Of a stretch of 64,000 nt of DNA, positions 22,780-36,790 are shown piece after piece. The translations under genes were made by a program, and so were the position numbers. Source of the DNA: Octopus sinensis (Eukaryota); the NCBI RefSeq assembly GCF_006345805.1, contig NC_043002.1:81716001-81780000 (forward strand). The letters run 5' to 3'. The notes below the pieces were generated by a model. The model was not told the DNA's origin. It made no database searches and saw only the letters and a list, made by a program, of their open reading frames with translations. Position 1 is the stretch's first letter; each line of letters starts with the position of its first letter.

Positions 22780-23563
22780 ATAAAAATATCTTGAATTACT
22801 AAAGAGTAAATTTATTCAATAAAATCATCATTGGCTTCAACCATGGCCTCCAGATAACTATGGAATCTCCTACAACTCTTCTGGACAGTCTCCTTGTTTA
22901 AGTTTGTGAATGCAGTCATAATCTTTGCCTTTAGTTCATCTTTGGTTTTACAGGGTGTGTTGTTGGTCTGTTGCTCAACTGTGTCCCACACATAAATTAT
23001 CAAGAGGGGTTGCAGTCTGGGGTGTTAGGTGGTCAAATGTTAGGGGAGATGTGGTTGCAGAAATTGTCTGACAGCCATGACTGGGTTTTTCTGTTTGTGT
23101 GGCATGGTGGAGAGTGCTGTTACCAGACACAGGGTCTTCCAATAGCCACACTCTTGACCCAGGGAAGCACTACCTCCTCCAGGCACTGATGTAGGCCTCT
23201 GTGTTGAGCCTGAGGCTGTGTGGGAAGATGAATGGATGCATAACATTGCCATCACGCCAAACACCCTGATGTAACTGGATGTTTGATTTTTATCACTCTC
23301 GGTACATGTCTTCAGATTGCACTGTCCTCCGATTGACACCCAAACACTCTGAAATGTTTGTATTGGAGCTTCTGGTATGAATACCAAGCAGTACAGTATG
23401 TCGTTTCCAAATTTCTGGCAGAGTGAATTGCATTATGATGCTGTTTTTCTCACAGATGATGCCCAACTGACCTTACAATACTGTGTAGTCAACAAAATCA
23501 AAAACAATGTATATGTGTGCAATTAAAAATATAAAATGGTGACAATTTACCCATCACACTCTG
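22780..23563 (-). mobile_element. maT (DD37D) Tc1/mariner remnant
   Basis: VW*QHSPPCHTNRKTQSWLSDNFCNHISPNI*PPNTPDCNP(LD) and VWDTVEQQTNNTPCKTKDELKAKIMTAFTNLNKETVQKSCRRF...IE*. There are 37 residues between the second and third catalytic positions. A TIR-like end lies at about 23540-23563. Confidence 0.8.
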
Positions 23564-24010
23564 CATATTCTAGTTTCTTTAGGCTGAGTTAACGCTCTGT
23601 TACTCTAGAATTTCCTCCATGTGTAGAAGGTACCTCAGGCAAAACAGCAGGATAGGCTTTATCATTCTCAGGATTACAGGAATGGTTAAATACATACCAT
23701 TGGTTGAAATTACAGACTGGCATTTCAGCTTGATTCCTAGATGAGACGGGAGGAAAATCATGCAAAAATTCACACTTGCACATACATGTAAGTAAACACA
23801 TTTGCACAGATGTGTGTATTCCATTTATCCATGCTGGCATGAGTTGAATGGTATTTTTTGAGGCGACTTATGACCAGATGCTCTTCCTATTTCCAACTCT
23901 TTTAATGTTCTCTAATGAAACAAGGGTAGTGTGCCTATCCTTAGAGTATACATGATACAGTTGTGTGTCTGTGTGTGTACATATATGTATGTTTTTTTTA
24001 TATTTATGTG

Positions 24011-24286
24011 CCCTTTTCAAGCCTAGCCAGGCTCATGGGCCCGGTTTCCCAGTTTCTGTGGTGTATGTGTTCCCCCCAGCTGGATGGGATGCCAGTCCAT
24101 CGCAGCGTTACGCAAGAAACAGGAAGAAAGAGTGAGAGAAAGTTGGGTGAAAGAGTACAACAGGTCGCCACCACCCCCTGCCGGAACCTCGTGGAGCTTT
24201 AGGCGTTTTCGCTCAGTAGACACACACAACGCCCGGTCTGGGAATCGAAACTGCGATCCTCCAACCTCGAGTTCGCTGCCCTAACC
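24011..24286 (-). mobile_element. tRNA-headed SINE with Meta-domain-like segment (MetaSINE)
   Basis: The minus strand shows a GGTTAGGGCAGCG A-box region, a GTTTCGATTCC B-box and GCTGCGATGGACTGGCATCCCATCCAG...AGAAAC, resembling the Meta domain. Confidence 0.65.
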
Positions 24287-24906
24287 TATGTATATATGTG
24301 GGGGAATGGTGTACGTGTGCTAATAAGTAATACCTATGTTCAGTACTAATACTAGTATTAATACCAGTACTAATACTAATACTTGTAGTTTTTGAAATAT
24401 GTCCACAATCGGAATTTATGTATATGTTTATCTCTCAGCACTTATTCTTTCTTAGTTTCTTTTCTCAACATTTATTGAAGGAAACAAAAACTTACAATTC
24501 CTATTTGCATGACTGGTTGTGTTTTGATTTTTCCAAACATTCTTTGAACAAGGTTCGTGTTTCAAAAAGAAAGGATTCTAATTAAAATCTAATTATTTGA
24601 TTGCCAAATTCATGTTTTTTTTTTTTTTCGCTTAAATTAAAATATATACTCCATTCACCACTATTATTTTCTTCTTTCCATATTTCCATAATCAAACAAG
24701 TTACAATAATTTAAATAGTTTTTCCTTGAGAAGGTTAGAAGATAAAGAATTGGTAATTTTCTAATTTCTTTGCACACTCTTTTATTAAAATTATTATTTC
24801 AATCATTTTCCAATATACTCTGTATTACTAGCTCATTGGATCTTTGATGAAAGAAACAATACTTTCCATTAAAAAAAAAGACTCTTATGTCTAAAGCTTT
24901 TCTTAA

Positions 24907-25131
24907 TCTTGTAGCATTTAAACTAGCCATATCTGACCCAAATATTCTCCTTGTTTTATGTTCAAATTGGCCAAATCCCGCTTCTCACACCTACCCTACA
25001 ATGTCCTTCAAAGAATGAACAATTGCATCACGAAAATCTTAAAGCTATGAGATAATGAATGAATGATTAATTCAAAATAATGTAAATAAATGAGCATCAC
25101 ATTTTAACAGGATAACATGAATGTTGAAGGG
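24907..25131. mobile_element. piggyBac-like (TTAA) MITE
   Basis: TTAA flanks (24903-24906, 25132-25135) and an AAGGG right end. Homologous to 58751-59424. Confidence 0.7.
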
Positions 25132-27789
25132 TTAAAAGACATGACCGAATTTTAATTTTGTGGCTGTTCATTTTTTTTTTTTTTTTAAACATGCATTTTT
25201 GTTATTGGATTGGCAAAATTATTCAAGTGTGGCCTTCTGCCATTTGTTTTTGCTCTTTACATTCTGAAATCAAATCCTGCCAAGATCGGCCTTTTCTATC
25301 ATCTTTTCTGGAGTTGATAAAATAAAGTGCCATTCCAGTTGACTACATTTCCTCCAAATTTTTGGCCTTGTTCTTACATTATAAATGGTTATTATTAGCA
25401 GTATTATTCTTTTATGTATGAATGGCAGAGTTGCTAGGAAATCTGATAAAATATATTTCTTTTTGGTATTTTGGTACATTATCTTATGTTCCAAAAGTCC
25501 AAACCCTGCCCAAGTCCTTTTTTTTCTTCCTTCTTTTGAGTTTGATAAAGTAAGCAATGGGTGTTGATATAATAAAATTATACCTAAGAACCCAGTGCTT
25601 CAGCATTGCCATAATCCAGAAGAACAGTAAAAGAATTAAAGAATTAATTGCTCACGTTGAAGAAGTTAGTAGTGGAGTCCCTGTTGCCTTTTGTTTGATA
25701 ATATGAATACCAGTAATATACTGGTGATAGATTCAGCAAACTTCACCTCTATCTTAACACTTAGAAAAACTATTTACCTGGTCTCTAATCAAAAAAATTC
25801 ATTATCATTATTTCATTTTTTTAATATTCATTTTTCCATGTATGTATGGGTCAGATGGAATTAACTGAGGCAGATTTTTCTACAGTTGGATGCCTTTCCT
25901 ATCACCAACCCTCACTTGTTACTAAGCAAGATAATATTTTCCCATGACCAGACATTTCCCCCCAGAAAGATGAGAAATTAAAACTGCTTGTATGGTGGTG
26001 ACACTTGTTTACATCTGTTATGCAATGTCAAGACACGGAGGTGCATACACACACACACACACATCACACATATGGGTTATACAGTAGAAGACAATTGCCA
26101 AAGGTGCCATGCAGTGGGACTGAACCTGAGACCACATGGTTGGAAAGCAAACTTTTTAACCACTCAGTCATGCCTGCACCTATTGCTATTATTGGAGCGA
26201 TGGAATCTAAAATGCTTTTCAGTAATTAGTTTTCTCTTTATTCTGGGTTCAAATTCTGCTGATGTTAAATGTCAGTATTCATGTTTTCTTTTTTCGATGA
26301 AATTAATACCAGTGTTGTACTAGAATTGGTTCAATGTCCCATCCAAACTTCTGACTATGTGCCAAAATTAAACAGTTATAAGAGTAATTCTGATAAATTA
26401 TATAATAAATTTTTATATTGATTGTAAAACACGACTGTTTCCATTTCTTAGAATATTTCATCTCTAAAACTGTAAGTTTTTATTTTTATAAAGATACTCA
26501 TTGTTTAGGAAATCATCATTTCATAATTTTATTGAAATGTCAGATCAGGGATTAGCTGTGGATTAGCTGAATCATTAGAGTATCTGATACAATGCCATGT
26601 GGTATTTATTCCAGTGCTTTGCACTCTGAATTTAAATCCTGCTGAGGTAAGCTTTGCCTTTCATCTTACTAGGTTTGATAAAATAAAAATACCATCAATT
26701 ACTGTGGGTCTATTTAATTGCTTGTTGTGTATTTTACTTTTTGGGTGTTTCAGTCATTGGACTGCAGCCATTCTTGAAGGTATTGTCTTGAGTGTATATT
26801 GCCTTCAGGGTGGAGAATGAAGCTTCAGTCTCCAGCATGACAGGCAGCGATGCTTGCCACTACACTATTGAGGACTGGTTCAGCACAAAAGCATCAGTTG
26901 GGGGGACAACATTACAATGAATATAAGGTTCATAAGAAATTGTCAGTGTTAGACACAACACCTTCCCAATCTTTTGTTGTATCGTTTTATGTACTCACTT
27001 AGAATTCTGCCTTAGTCAACCTTGTTTTTATCCTTGTCGTATCAGTTACATACGTACCAGTCAAATACTGGTTCATTTTAATTAATTGTTCCTGTCTCCT
27101 CTTTTAGAAAATCATTACTTCAGTCAATGAGTTTTATCTATTAATATTTAATAAGTCCCTAAGGTGGTGAGCTGGCAGAAACGTTAGCATGCTGGGCGAA
27201 ATGCTTAGCGTTATTTTGTATATCTTTACGTTCTGAGTTCAAATTCCGCTGAGCTCGACTTTGCCTTTGATCAAGATCCATTTCAAATCATTTTGTTCTG
27301 TATATTTACAAATATTCTGAAAGCTTCTTGTAACAAAACAAATTGAAAACATTTATTTATATCTAATTTTTAAATTCATTTTATCAACACTCTTTGAAGG
27401 ACCTTAGATAAATTTGTTTGAGATGCATACTGTATTTGATGGCATAGATGGGATGAAAGGTTTTCAGTGCATTAAGGCACATGATATAGGCGCAATTTAA
27501 CATATAGGACCTGAGGAGATTTTTTAAAGACATCTTTCTGGAAATATGCCAGCATAGAAAACAGACATTTAAATAACAAAGGGGGCAAAGTGCATCTTGT
27601 ATGCTATTGAATATGGCACTTTTTTTTAAGTTCTTACAATTTGTAAATTTTAGCAAATAAAGTAAATATCTTTATAACTTTATTTAAAAAATAAATCTAC
27701 TTATAGTTTTAATCTTTTGCTTGATTTAACATCACTATCTGTAGGTAAAAATTTCTTTTATTGAAAATAGAAATAATTGTTTTTGTAAA

Positions 27790-28180
27790 TAGGCACAGGA
27801 GTGGCTGTGTGGTAAGTAGCTTGCTTACGAACCGCATGGTTCTGGGTTCAGTCCCACTGCGTGGTATCTTGGGCAAGTGTCTTCTACTATAGCCTTGGGC
27901 TGCCCAAAGCCTTGTGAGTGGATTTGATAGACGGAAACTGAAGAAGCCCATCGTATATATGTGTTTGCATGTGTATATGTTTGTGTGTCTGTTTGTCCCA
28001 CTAGCATTGTTTGACAACCAATGCTGGTGTGTTTACGTCCCTGTCCCTTAGCAGTTCGGCAAAAGAGACCGATAGAATAAGTACTAGGCTTCCAAAGAAT
28101 AAGTCCTGGGTTCAATTCGCTCGACTAAAGGCGGTGCTCCAGCATGGCTGCAGTGAAATGACTGAAACAAGTAAAAGAGT
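27790..28180 (+). mobile_element. SINE family A, full length
   Basis: Co-linear with 2981-3396. Confidence 0.85.
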
Positions 28181-29104
28181 TTCTAGTTATGGGCAGAAAA
28201 CCTAAAATTTTGACCTCAAAAAGATGAAAGGCAAAATTGATCTCACCAGGATGTGAACTGATGTACAAAGTCGGAACAAATACCACAAGGCATTTTGTGT
28301 GATACTTTTACTGGCTTGGCCAATCTACTGCATTTAAGGTAATTTTGCACAAGGCCAGAAATTTGGCAGAAGGAAACGGTTAATTATATATTTACCTCAG
28401 TACCTGACTTGTACTATATGTTATCAAATGCGGAAGATATGGATGACCTTGGTGTGCATTGAACTCAGAACGCTACGAAGCTGGAGCAAAATATCACAGT
28501 GTTTTTTCTCAATAATAATGATAATAGTGATGATGATGATGATGATGATGAAGCTGCAGGGAAAAAAAAAACCAGAAGTTAAGTTAGACCATATGTGTTG
28601 TTATAGAGATGATGTCACTATACATAGTGTGACTAACATGAAGCAGTCTCATAGGAAACTTCGTAGCTTTTATATACAGGACACTTATATTAAGTGTGTT
28701 TGTGTGTGTTGATTATATATACACAAAGAATACATTTGTGTGTGTGTGTGCACACGTGTGTATATATGTTTATATACACAAAGGTACATGTGCATATATA
28801 GCATGTATATATGTGTGTGTACACATATGTAATATACATGAGTGTATTTACATTATTATGTCCTTACACATATATACATATCTTTGTTTATATATGCACA
28901 TATATCTGTGCGTGTGTGTGTGTATGTTTGTATATAATATTGATCGCTGCATGCCAGATCAGCAAGTTCTGTCCACTTAATAGGTCCTCGTAATGAAATG
29001 AATGACTTTTCCTTCTATTTCTGGTTTTTTTTTTTCTTGCTTTCAGACTGGTTTCTTTCACTTTTGATTTCATTAGAGAGGATACGAGAGGTACGATTAA
29101 GTAA

Positions 29105-29137
<33 letters not shown>

Positions 29138-29999
29138 AGGAAATGAGCAGAAATGTACAAGAGAATAAGAAAAATGAATACAAAAAGAAATTCTGTTTTT
29201 CATTATAGATTATTAAAAACACATAATTACCATCCAAATAATTAATACATTGTTAGCGATCGAATTTCATAAACGGCTGTAATATTGGTATATAGTCAGT
29301 TTTTGTGTATAGTTTGGATAAAGAATTTGTGACAGGACCTCATATAAAGCGTTGGTAATTAGCTTTATATTTGTTGCTGTTGTTCTTTAACACCAAGTTG
29401 GTTCTATTTGAGTAAATCTATGATTGAAGTCATTCCATTGGTGACTCCTGTTTTTTTTCTTTTCTTTTGTTATATCTATGACTGGTTTTCTGAGACTGTC
29501 CACATCATACACACTCCTTCGTTGTTTCGTTAACGTGATGAAAAGAAAATTAAGAGAAAAGAAAACGGAGGTGAGTGATGGAACACACCCTCCAATAAAC
29601 ATCCTACATCCTTTTCGCTCTTATTTTTCTTGTAAAATATTAGCGAAACCAAGAATGTGTAATGCATTTGATTAATTCGTTATTAGAACTACTACATGGA
29701 TTACAATAATTCTCTTGCTCGTTTTTTTTCATTTCATTATATCAACCTGAAGTAGTATTACATTATAATCGCATGCAAACCCCATTATAATTTCTGTTGG
29801 TTAACATACACACACACACCATCGTCATCCATACATACATACACAAATATATACCACATGCACATATATATATATACATACATATATACATTCATTTGTT
29901 TTACATGTTTTTCTGATGTTGCATGGTTTGGCTGAATACATATTAAGGCATTGTCTTACAGATGGATGCCCTTCCTATCACTAACCCTTACATACATAC

Positions 30000-30030
<31 letters not shown>

Positions 30031-30789
30031 CATATGGGGGATGGGTTGCATATAGTAGAAGTTGGGCATTTGTTGGCATTACTTTGGAATGGAACCTTTT
30101 AGAAAACAATAACTGTTCGGTGGCACACATAATCCACAATTACAATTAGGGGCTTCTGTGCATACCATGGCCAGGATAATACTATATGCATTTATATATA
30201 CACACACAAAGAAATAAGTACTACATGCACCTATATACATACATCCAAAATTACAGCTAATTTCCTAAAGCCTTTCAAAATTTTGATTATAATGGATACA
30301 GTGTATTGTGTTTGTGTGTGTGTGTGTGTGTATATGAATATTATAATTGTTTTGTTCAAAAAATTGAATGATAATAAGCTGAATGTTATCCTTAACATCA
30401 TTAACGACTTCATTGTTGCTATCTTGATGTAGAGGCAAATAAGTTGCAGAACAAAATATTTTACAATATCTGAATTTGTATCTTAAACTCTACATATTCA
30501 ACAATCTTAACATCTTTTGGTTAGCGAATTCTAAAATTCCATCACACATCTGTGTATTGAGCATGTTATTTTTGCATATGTAAGAATATCAGCTGTTTTC
30601 TCTGTGCACATGTATATACATAAGAGTGTGTGTGTGTTATAGCTCTGATCTATTTTGGGTTTTAATGCAGAATTTGTTGCATACTTAGATGTAAATCTGT
30701 ACAGACACATAATTATATATACATACATGCATGCATGTCATGGCTTTTACTTCTGCTTTTTTGTGCCGTCATGGATCAGATGAGAATGT

Positions 30790-31015
30790 AGTGCCCTTGA
30801 TGACGACAGCAGCTTCGAATCTTGCCACAAGGGCAGCACTTTGGTGGGGTGGATGAGCTGCATTGACTCCAGTGTTCAACTGGTACTTATTGACCCAGAA
30901 ATGAGAGAAGGCAAAGTTGACCTGGGCAGAATTTGAAGTCAGAACATAAAGACGGACGAAATGCCCCTAAGCATTTTGTCTAGTGTGCTAATGGTTCTGC
31001 CAGCTCACCGACTCA
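30790..31015 (-). mobile_element. SINE family B
   Basis: Reverse-complement B body ending CTGCCAGCTCACC. Confidence 0.7.
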
Positions 31016-32094
31016 ATAATAATAATAATAAAAATAATAATAATAATAATTCATGGATTTATTTATTTTTTTAAATACATATTTTACCTGTGAATTTGCG
31101 TGTGTAAACTGGGAATGCATACAATGAGTTTCTCTGCCCTAGGTGTATGGAAAACACTCAGCAAGAAATGGACGAAAATTTGAAGAAAGAAGGAAAAATA
31201 ATAATAATGGTTTTTAACTTAGTTATATGGCTACACATGTTTTTGTTTGGGAGGGTACTGTTAAATAAACCAAACCAATCACCATATTTGACTGGTATCT
31301 CTCTTGTCAACTCTCAGCGTGATCAAAAGCAAAAATTATATGTTTGAGATTTGAACTTACAATTGCAAAATGGAAAGGAATATAACTAAACTTTGTTAGG
31401 CATTTTGTTCTATCTCTTCTAAATCACCAATTCCACTGCCATAATAATGCTAAATTTTCCAATTAAATGTGAAACTAATTGGGCTGATGAAAGAAAATTT
31501 CTAACACAGATAAACAATGCAGTGTGTAAAGTTAAATAGTGGATATAGTTTCTTTTGGCGCCTTCCACTCCGGCTCCCTTATTTTGATGCAGTATAAAGC
31601 TGTTTCCTTCTTCTCGTTTCCCTCTTTGACTCCTTCAGTTTGATGTAGAGTATTGCTTCTTCGTTTATCTCTCTTCTCTCACTCTTCCTTTCTTACACAC
31701 ACACACACACACACACTCAATATACACACACACACACACAAGCAAATTCATTTCTTAAAAATTTTCAATGTGTTCTTTGAATTTGAAGTTTTCTTTCAAA
31801 TTCCTGAGTTGCATGCATGTTTCTGTGTGTATGCGTGTGTGCATGCATGCGTCCACATGTTTGAGTGTATACAGACATACACAAGCTACATGTGGTTAGA
31901 AAAATGCCTTCTGGCCAAATACAACGACACAATGCTCTACAGAGGTATTTCCCTCTCGGTTACGTGGATATTCATAATAAATATCGTTCCCTCTATTTCT
32001 CTCGCGCTCTCTAATATATATGTATGCATGTGCATATAAGTATGTGTGCATACGTGTGTATATATATGTATATTGGGTTAGTCCATATATAATT

Positions 32095-32640
32095 CATTCT
32101 TTTTTAATACTTCTTTTACTTTTCAAAATTAGGACAAAGTTCTTTTTTAATCTGAAATTTACTCTCCATTTTCTACAGTGTTCTTCCATCTATCTGGTAG
32201 ACTTGCAAGACCCCTCTTCCAAAATTCACTTGTCTGTGACACAAAGATGCTTTTCTAGTGCTGTTCTGGCCTCGTCAACAGAATTCATATTTTTTCCTTC
32301 CAAATGATTTTGAAGACTGGAATAAATGATAATCAGATGGGGTAATGTCCGGCAAATATAGTGGGTGGGGTATCATTTCCCATTGAAACTGCTCCAGCCT
32401 TTGGAATGTCATCCTTGCTGTATGTGGCTGAACATTATTATCCTGATGGAAGAATACCTTTTGTCTTGAGAGCAAAGATGGTTTTTGTTCTTCTAGCGCT
32501 GACTTAAGCTGCTCAAGTTGCTCACTCTAGATCATCTTTGTTATCGTTCTGTTTGGGTTTAAAAGTTCAAAGTGGGCTGAACCTTTCATATCCCACCAAA
32601 CAGATAACAAGATCTTCACCACTGCTTGACGGCCAGTGTT
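32095..32640 (-). mobile_element. mariner (DD34D) transposase remnant
   Basis: VFFHQDNNVQPHTARMTFQRLEQFQWEMIPHPLYLPDITPSDYHLF, a decayed HPxYSPDLAPSDYHLF motif. Confidence 0.85.
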
Positions 32641-33064
32641 AGTTTGCCCATAACATAATTGTTTGGCCAAAGATTTACCCAGAATAAGTACAAGGCTTTA
32701 AAAACAACTATCAGGGTTGATTTGTTCGACTAAACCTTGTGGAATCTTTTGATGCAGTGCTCCAGCATGGCTACAGTCTAGTGACTGGAACAAGTGTAAA
32801 AGGTAAAAAAGATCTATATATTGATCACCTCCAGTATGTTCTGCTTCTACTTGTTGGCTTTAAAAGCCAAATCCTTTTCAGCCTGTGTCGTCTATATTAG
32901 AGGTCCCCAAAACGCTAAATTGCAGACCAATGTCAGTGCATGAATCATCTGGCACTAGGCCACAGAGAGAGAGTGAATTTTAAATTTTATTTCTATTTTA
33001 TTGACTATTGTAATCTGCAGGGTGTTTCTGCATCATATATGTATTAAAAAACCCCACTTTTGGT

Positions 33065-33385
33065 CATGAATGACCATGGGATTGTGCCTAGAAAGTTACC
33101 TTCCTAGGCAGAAGTCCAGGCAAGGTTGTTTATGGAAGACCAGCCATCACCCATGTGTACCAGCATCCCCTCTCCATGCCACTGATGTTGTCCAAGGGAA
33201 AGGCAAAGGCTGGTACAGCTTGGCATCAGTGATGCCACAGCTCATTTCTACAGTTGAGTAAACTGGAGCAATGTGAAATAAAGTGTCTTGCTCAAGAACA
33301 CAACAGACAGCCAGGTCCAGGAATTGAACACACTACCTCATTGTTGTGAGTCTGATGCTCTAACCACTGAGGCATGTGCCTTCAC
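33065..33385 (-). mobile_element. SINE family D (tRNA head plus CORE/V-like domain)
   Basis: The minus strand reads GGCACATGCCTCAGTGGTTAGAGC...GTTCAATTCC...TTCTTGAGCAAGACACTTTATTTCAC. Confidence 0.7.
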
Positions 33386-34936
33386 TATTATATATGTAAT
33401 AATTAAATTAGATATTATGCACTTGGTTGGAAAAATTGTCTGACATAAAACTATCTCGTGGTGCAAAACTGGTTGGAGATTGCTTGTCTATATTGTTAAA
33501 ACATTTCAATTGACTGATCTTTTTGTAGTTATCTCCCATGCCTATCATTATTAGATTTCAAAGAAAGTCTCTTGGAGGAAGGTTCTGTCTTGTAATTATT
33601 TTTTAAATTTTTTTATTTGCTATATGATAAATAGAGAAGAGGAAAGGTTCTTACCTTTCCTGCTCCCATCCTGCAAAAAGTAAACAGCGCTTGAAGGAGA
33701 AATTCCTCTGTAAAGCTCACCACCATCAGATAAAAAAAAGAAAAAAGATAAAGACCCAAAGCTCCAAGGCTGGTTTCCTGGATTCTGTTGTACATATTTT
33801 TTCCTCTTGGATGGGATGCCAGTCTCTTTCAGAATTACTCAGTTTTGCTAGCTGGAGCAACATGAACTGAAGTGTTTACCTCAAGAATACAACACATTGC
33901 CTGATCTAGGAACTGAAACCACAATTTCACAAGTGCCCCACTATAACAACTAAGTCATGCACCTCCATTTGGCAGTATTGTGTGTGTAATAATATACATA
34001 CGTTAATGTAATAACATTTATACATAGATAAACATAGGCATTCGAAAAGCACACATGTAATACATAGTGTAAATTTTATTTTTACAAAGGAAAATGTTTG
34101 ACCAATGACGTGTCATCTACAATTGGCTTCAACAGACTGTGCATGTGTGTTGATATGTATACACACATGTATATATCTATATATATAGATGCAGGCTTAT
34201 CTGTGTGCTTATGAAGCTTGCTTTATGACTAGGTGGTCCCAGGTTCAAGCCTGCTGTGTGAAGTACCTTTCTGAGGTTTCCTCCACTGTACTTTCAGTTG
34301 GACTAATGACTGATACCATTTCATAATAAATTTGGTAAATGCAAACTATAGGGAATCTCATCACACACATACACACACACACACATATATGTGTGTGTAT
34401 GTGTGTGTGTGTGTGTGTGTGCATATATATATATATATACATATGTATGTGTGTCGGAATCTGTTTACTGTTGTGTCGAGTTACGTCCCATTGTGTGAAA
34501 GCGACACATAACGCATTGGTATGTTAAGATTGCTAAAAATAAGTACGAGGCTGATATAACTAATGGAATTGATGTGATTGACTAGAATTCAGTGTCCCAG
34601 CTTGACCACTGTCCATTCATTAAGAAGCAGTAAAAGACTATAAGTATTGTGCATATATATGTATTCGTGTGTGTGTGTGTGTGCAGATGCGCATATTCAA
34701 TATAATACACCTTTGTGTCTGGGAATGTTCTTAGTTATTCTTTACGCGTTTATTTAAATTTGGTTTATGTGTATACAATCTGTATACAATGAGCCACCTT
34801 ACAATAGATTCTATATATATATATATTATACATACATATATACATACTAATTTGAATATATAAGCATGTACATTTTCACACCCCCATAAATGCATGTATG
34901 TATATATATAAGTATATACATGCACACGCTTGTATG

Positions 34937-35390
34937 TCATCATCATCATCATCGTCGTTTAACGTCCGTTCTCCATGCTAGCATGGTTGGACGGTTCGAC
35001 CAGGGTTCTGGGAAGCCAGAAGGCTGCACCAGGCTCCATCTAATTTGGCAATGTTTCTACATCTGGATGCCCTTCCTAACGCCAACCACTCCGTGAGTGT
35101 AGTGGGTGCTTTTATTACGTGCCACCTGCACAGTGCCAGGCGGGGCTGGCAACGGCCACGGTCAGATTGGTGTATTTTATGTGCCACCCGCACGGAAGCC
35201 AGTCGAGGCGGTGCTGGCATCGGCCACGAGTCGGATAGTGCTTTTTACGTACCACCCGACCAGGGATCCGGCTGGTTCAATTCGATTTCGATTTCGCTTG
35301 CCCCAACATGTCTTCACAGCAAAGGGGTTGGCAAGGGTGCCTGTCGTACGGTCGCATTGGAGTATTTTACTACGTGCCACGCCACGAGTA
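34937..35390 (-). mobile_element. RTE-tail retroposon (family C) with tandem ~65-nt hairpin modules
   Basis: (GAT)n tail at 34937-34955, GGAAGGGCATCCAG motif and 3-4 repeats of a GTGGCACGTAAAAAGCAC module. Confidence 0.75.
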
Positions 35391-36221
35391 TGTATGTATC
35401 ATATATGTATGTATATATATTTCTACACACACATACATGCATACCTGCTCTTATATATATTCAAAATATATGTACGTGTGCGTGTACATGTTTATGAACA
35501 TGCACACAGACACATTAAAAATTTATTGTGTGTGTGCACATTCACATACACACACATGCTCACACATGACTATGTAGGTGAAAAGTTCGCTTCCTCACCA
35601 CTTGCTTTCAGGTTCAATCCCAAGATACAGCACATTGTGCAGGTGCCTTCTACTATAGCTCTGGGCTGACCACAGCCTTGTGGATAACAAAAGGCTGTCA
35701 TATATATTGTATGAGTGTATACATGTATATATAAATCTGTGTGTGTGCACGTATATATGTGTGTGTTTGTATGTGTGTATATATATATATATATTGTAAA
35801 TGTAATGTGGAAAACAAGAGGGAAATGGCAACACAGGTAGGACAAGTTTTAACAAAAATTGAATTAGTCTTACGCTTAAAAGAAAGGGGGTGGCGTGAGA
35901 GATTACGTTTATTTATATTCCATTGCAAGAAACAGCAATATGTGTATTTATGTATGTGCGTATAATACAATTGTGTGTGTGTGAATATAATGCAGCTACA
36001 TATGTTTTCGTGTTTCTGTATGTTCGTTTACTACTGCACTTGCTTGTATGACTGTGTGGTCGGTACTATTGACAGATTCTCCTGTAAACAAATCTGCCAG
36101 GTACTTTGAAACTTCACAGCCATTTGAAATGAGTGATCCCTTGCTTGTATAAATAGACAGGGAGGAGGTATCAGTTAGGAAGGGCATTAGGCTGTAAAAC
36201 TGTGACTTAAATAACTTATTT

Positions 36222-36450
36222 CTTTACTACCCACAAAGGGTTAAACACAGAGGGGACAAACAAGGACAGATAAACGGATTAAGTCGATTATATCGACCCC
36301 CAGTGCGTAACAGGTACTTCTTTAATCGACCTCGAAAGGATGAAAGGCAAAGTCGACCTCGGCGGAATTTGAACTCACAACATAGCGGCAGACGAAATAC
36401 TGCTAAGCATTTTGCCCGGCGTGCTAACATATCTGCCAGCTCGCCGCCCT
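36222..36450 (-). mobile_element. SINE family B (tail B1), young
   Basis: Near-consensus reverse complement with its CpGs retained. Confidence 0.85.
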
Positions 36451-36544
36451 GTGACTTAAATAACTTGTTTGTCCAACCCTTGCATGTAGGGGAAATCAAA
36501 CACAGAGCATATGGACAAATGAATTTGTGTGTGTGTGTGTGTGA

Positions 36545-36790
36545 AGGTGCTTGACCTAGTGGTTAGACTGTTTCACTGATGATCGCCAGATCATGGGCTC
36601 AATTCCCAGACTAGGTGACACAGTGTGTTCTTGAGCCAAACACTTCATTTCACGTTGCTTTAGTTCCCCTTTCGATCAGTTTGGTATACTGGCCTGCTCA
36701 CCTACTCAGCGGGGTACCTTCATTTGAAGGCTAAAATGATGCAATGCGCATTCTGTAACAACATCTGATAGCCTGGTCGGTCAAGTGATC
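36545..36790 (+). mobile_element. SINE family D
   Basis: tRNA-like head (TAGTGGTTAGAC...CTCAATTCCC) and TTCTTGAGCC...TTTCACGTTGC. Confidence 0.6.

Noticed and set aside
27384-27656. 90-aa minus-strand ORF in unique sequence
   Set aside because: No recognisable motif or convincing splice sites; within chance expectation.
35160-35390. HDV-like ribozyme in the family C modules (GTGGCCG..GCCAGC..CCGCCTCG; GGCAAGCGAA)
   Set aside because: The P1 and P1.1 pairings of the nested double pseudoknot could not be formed.
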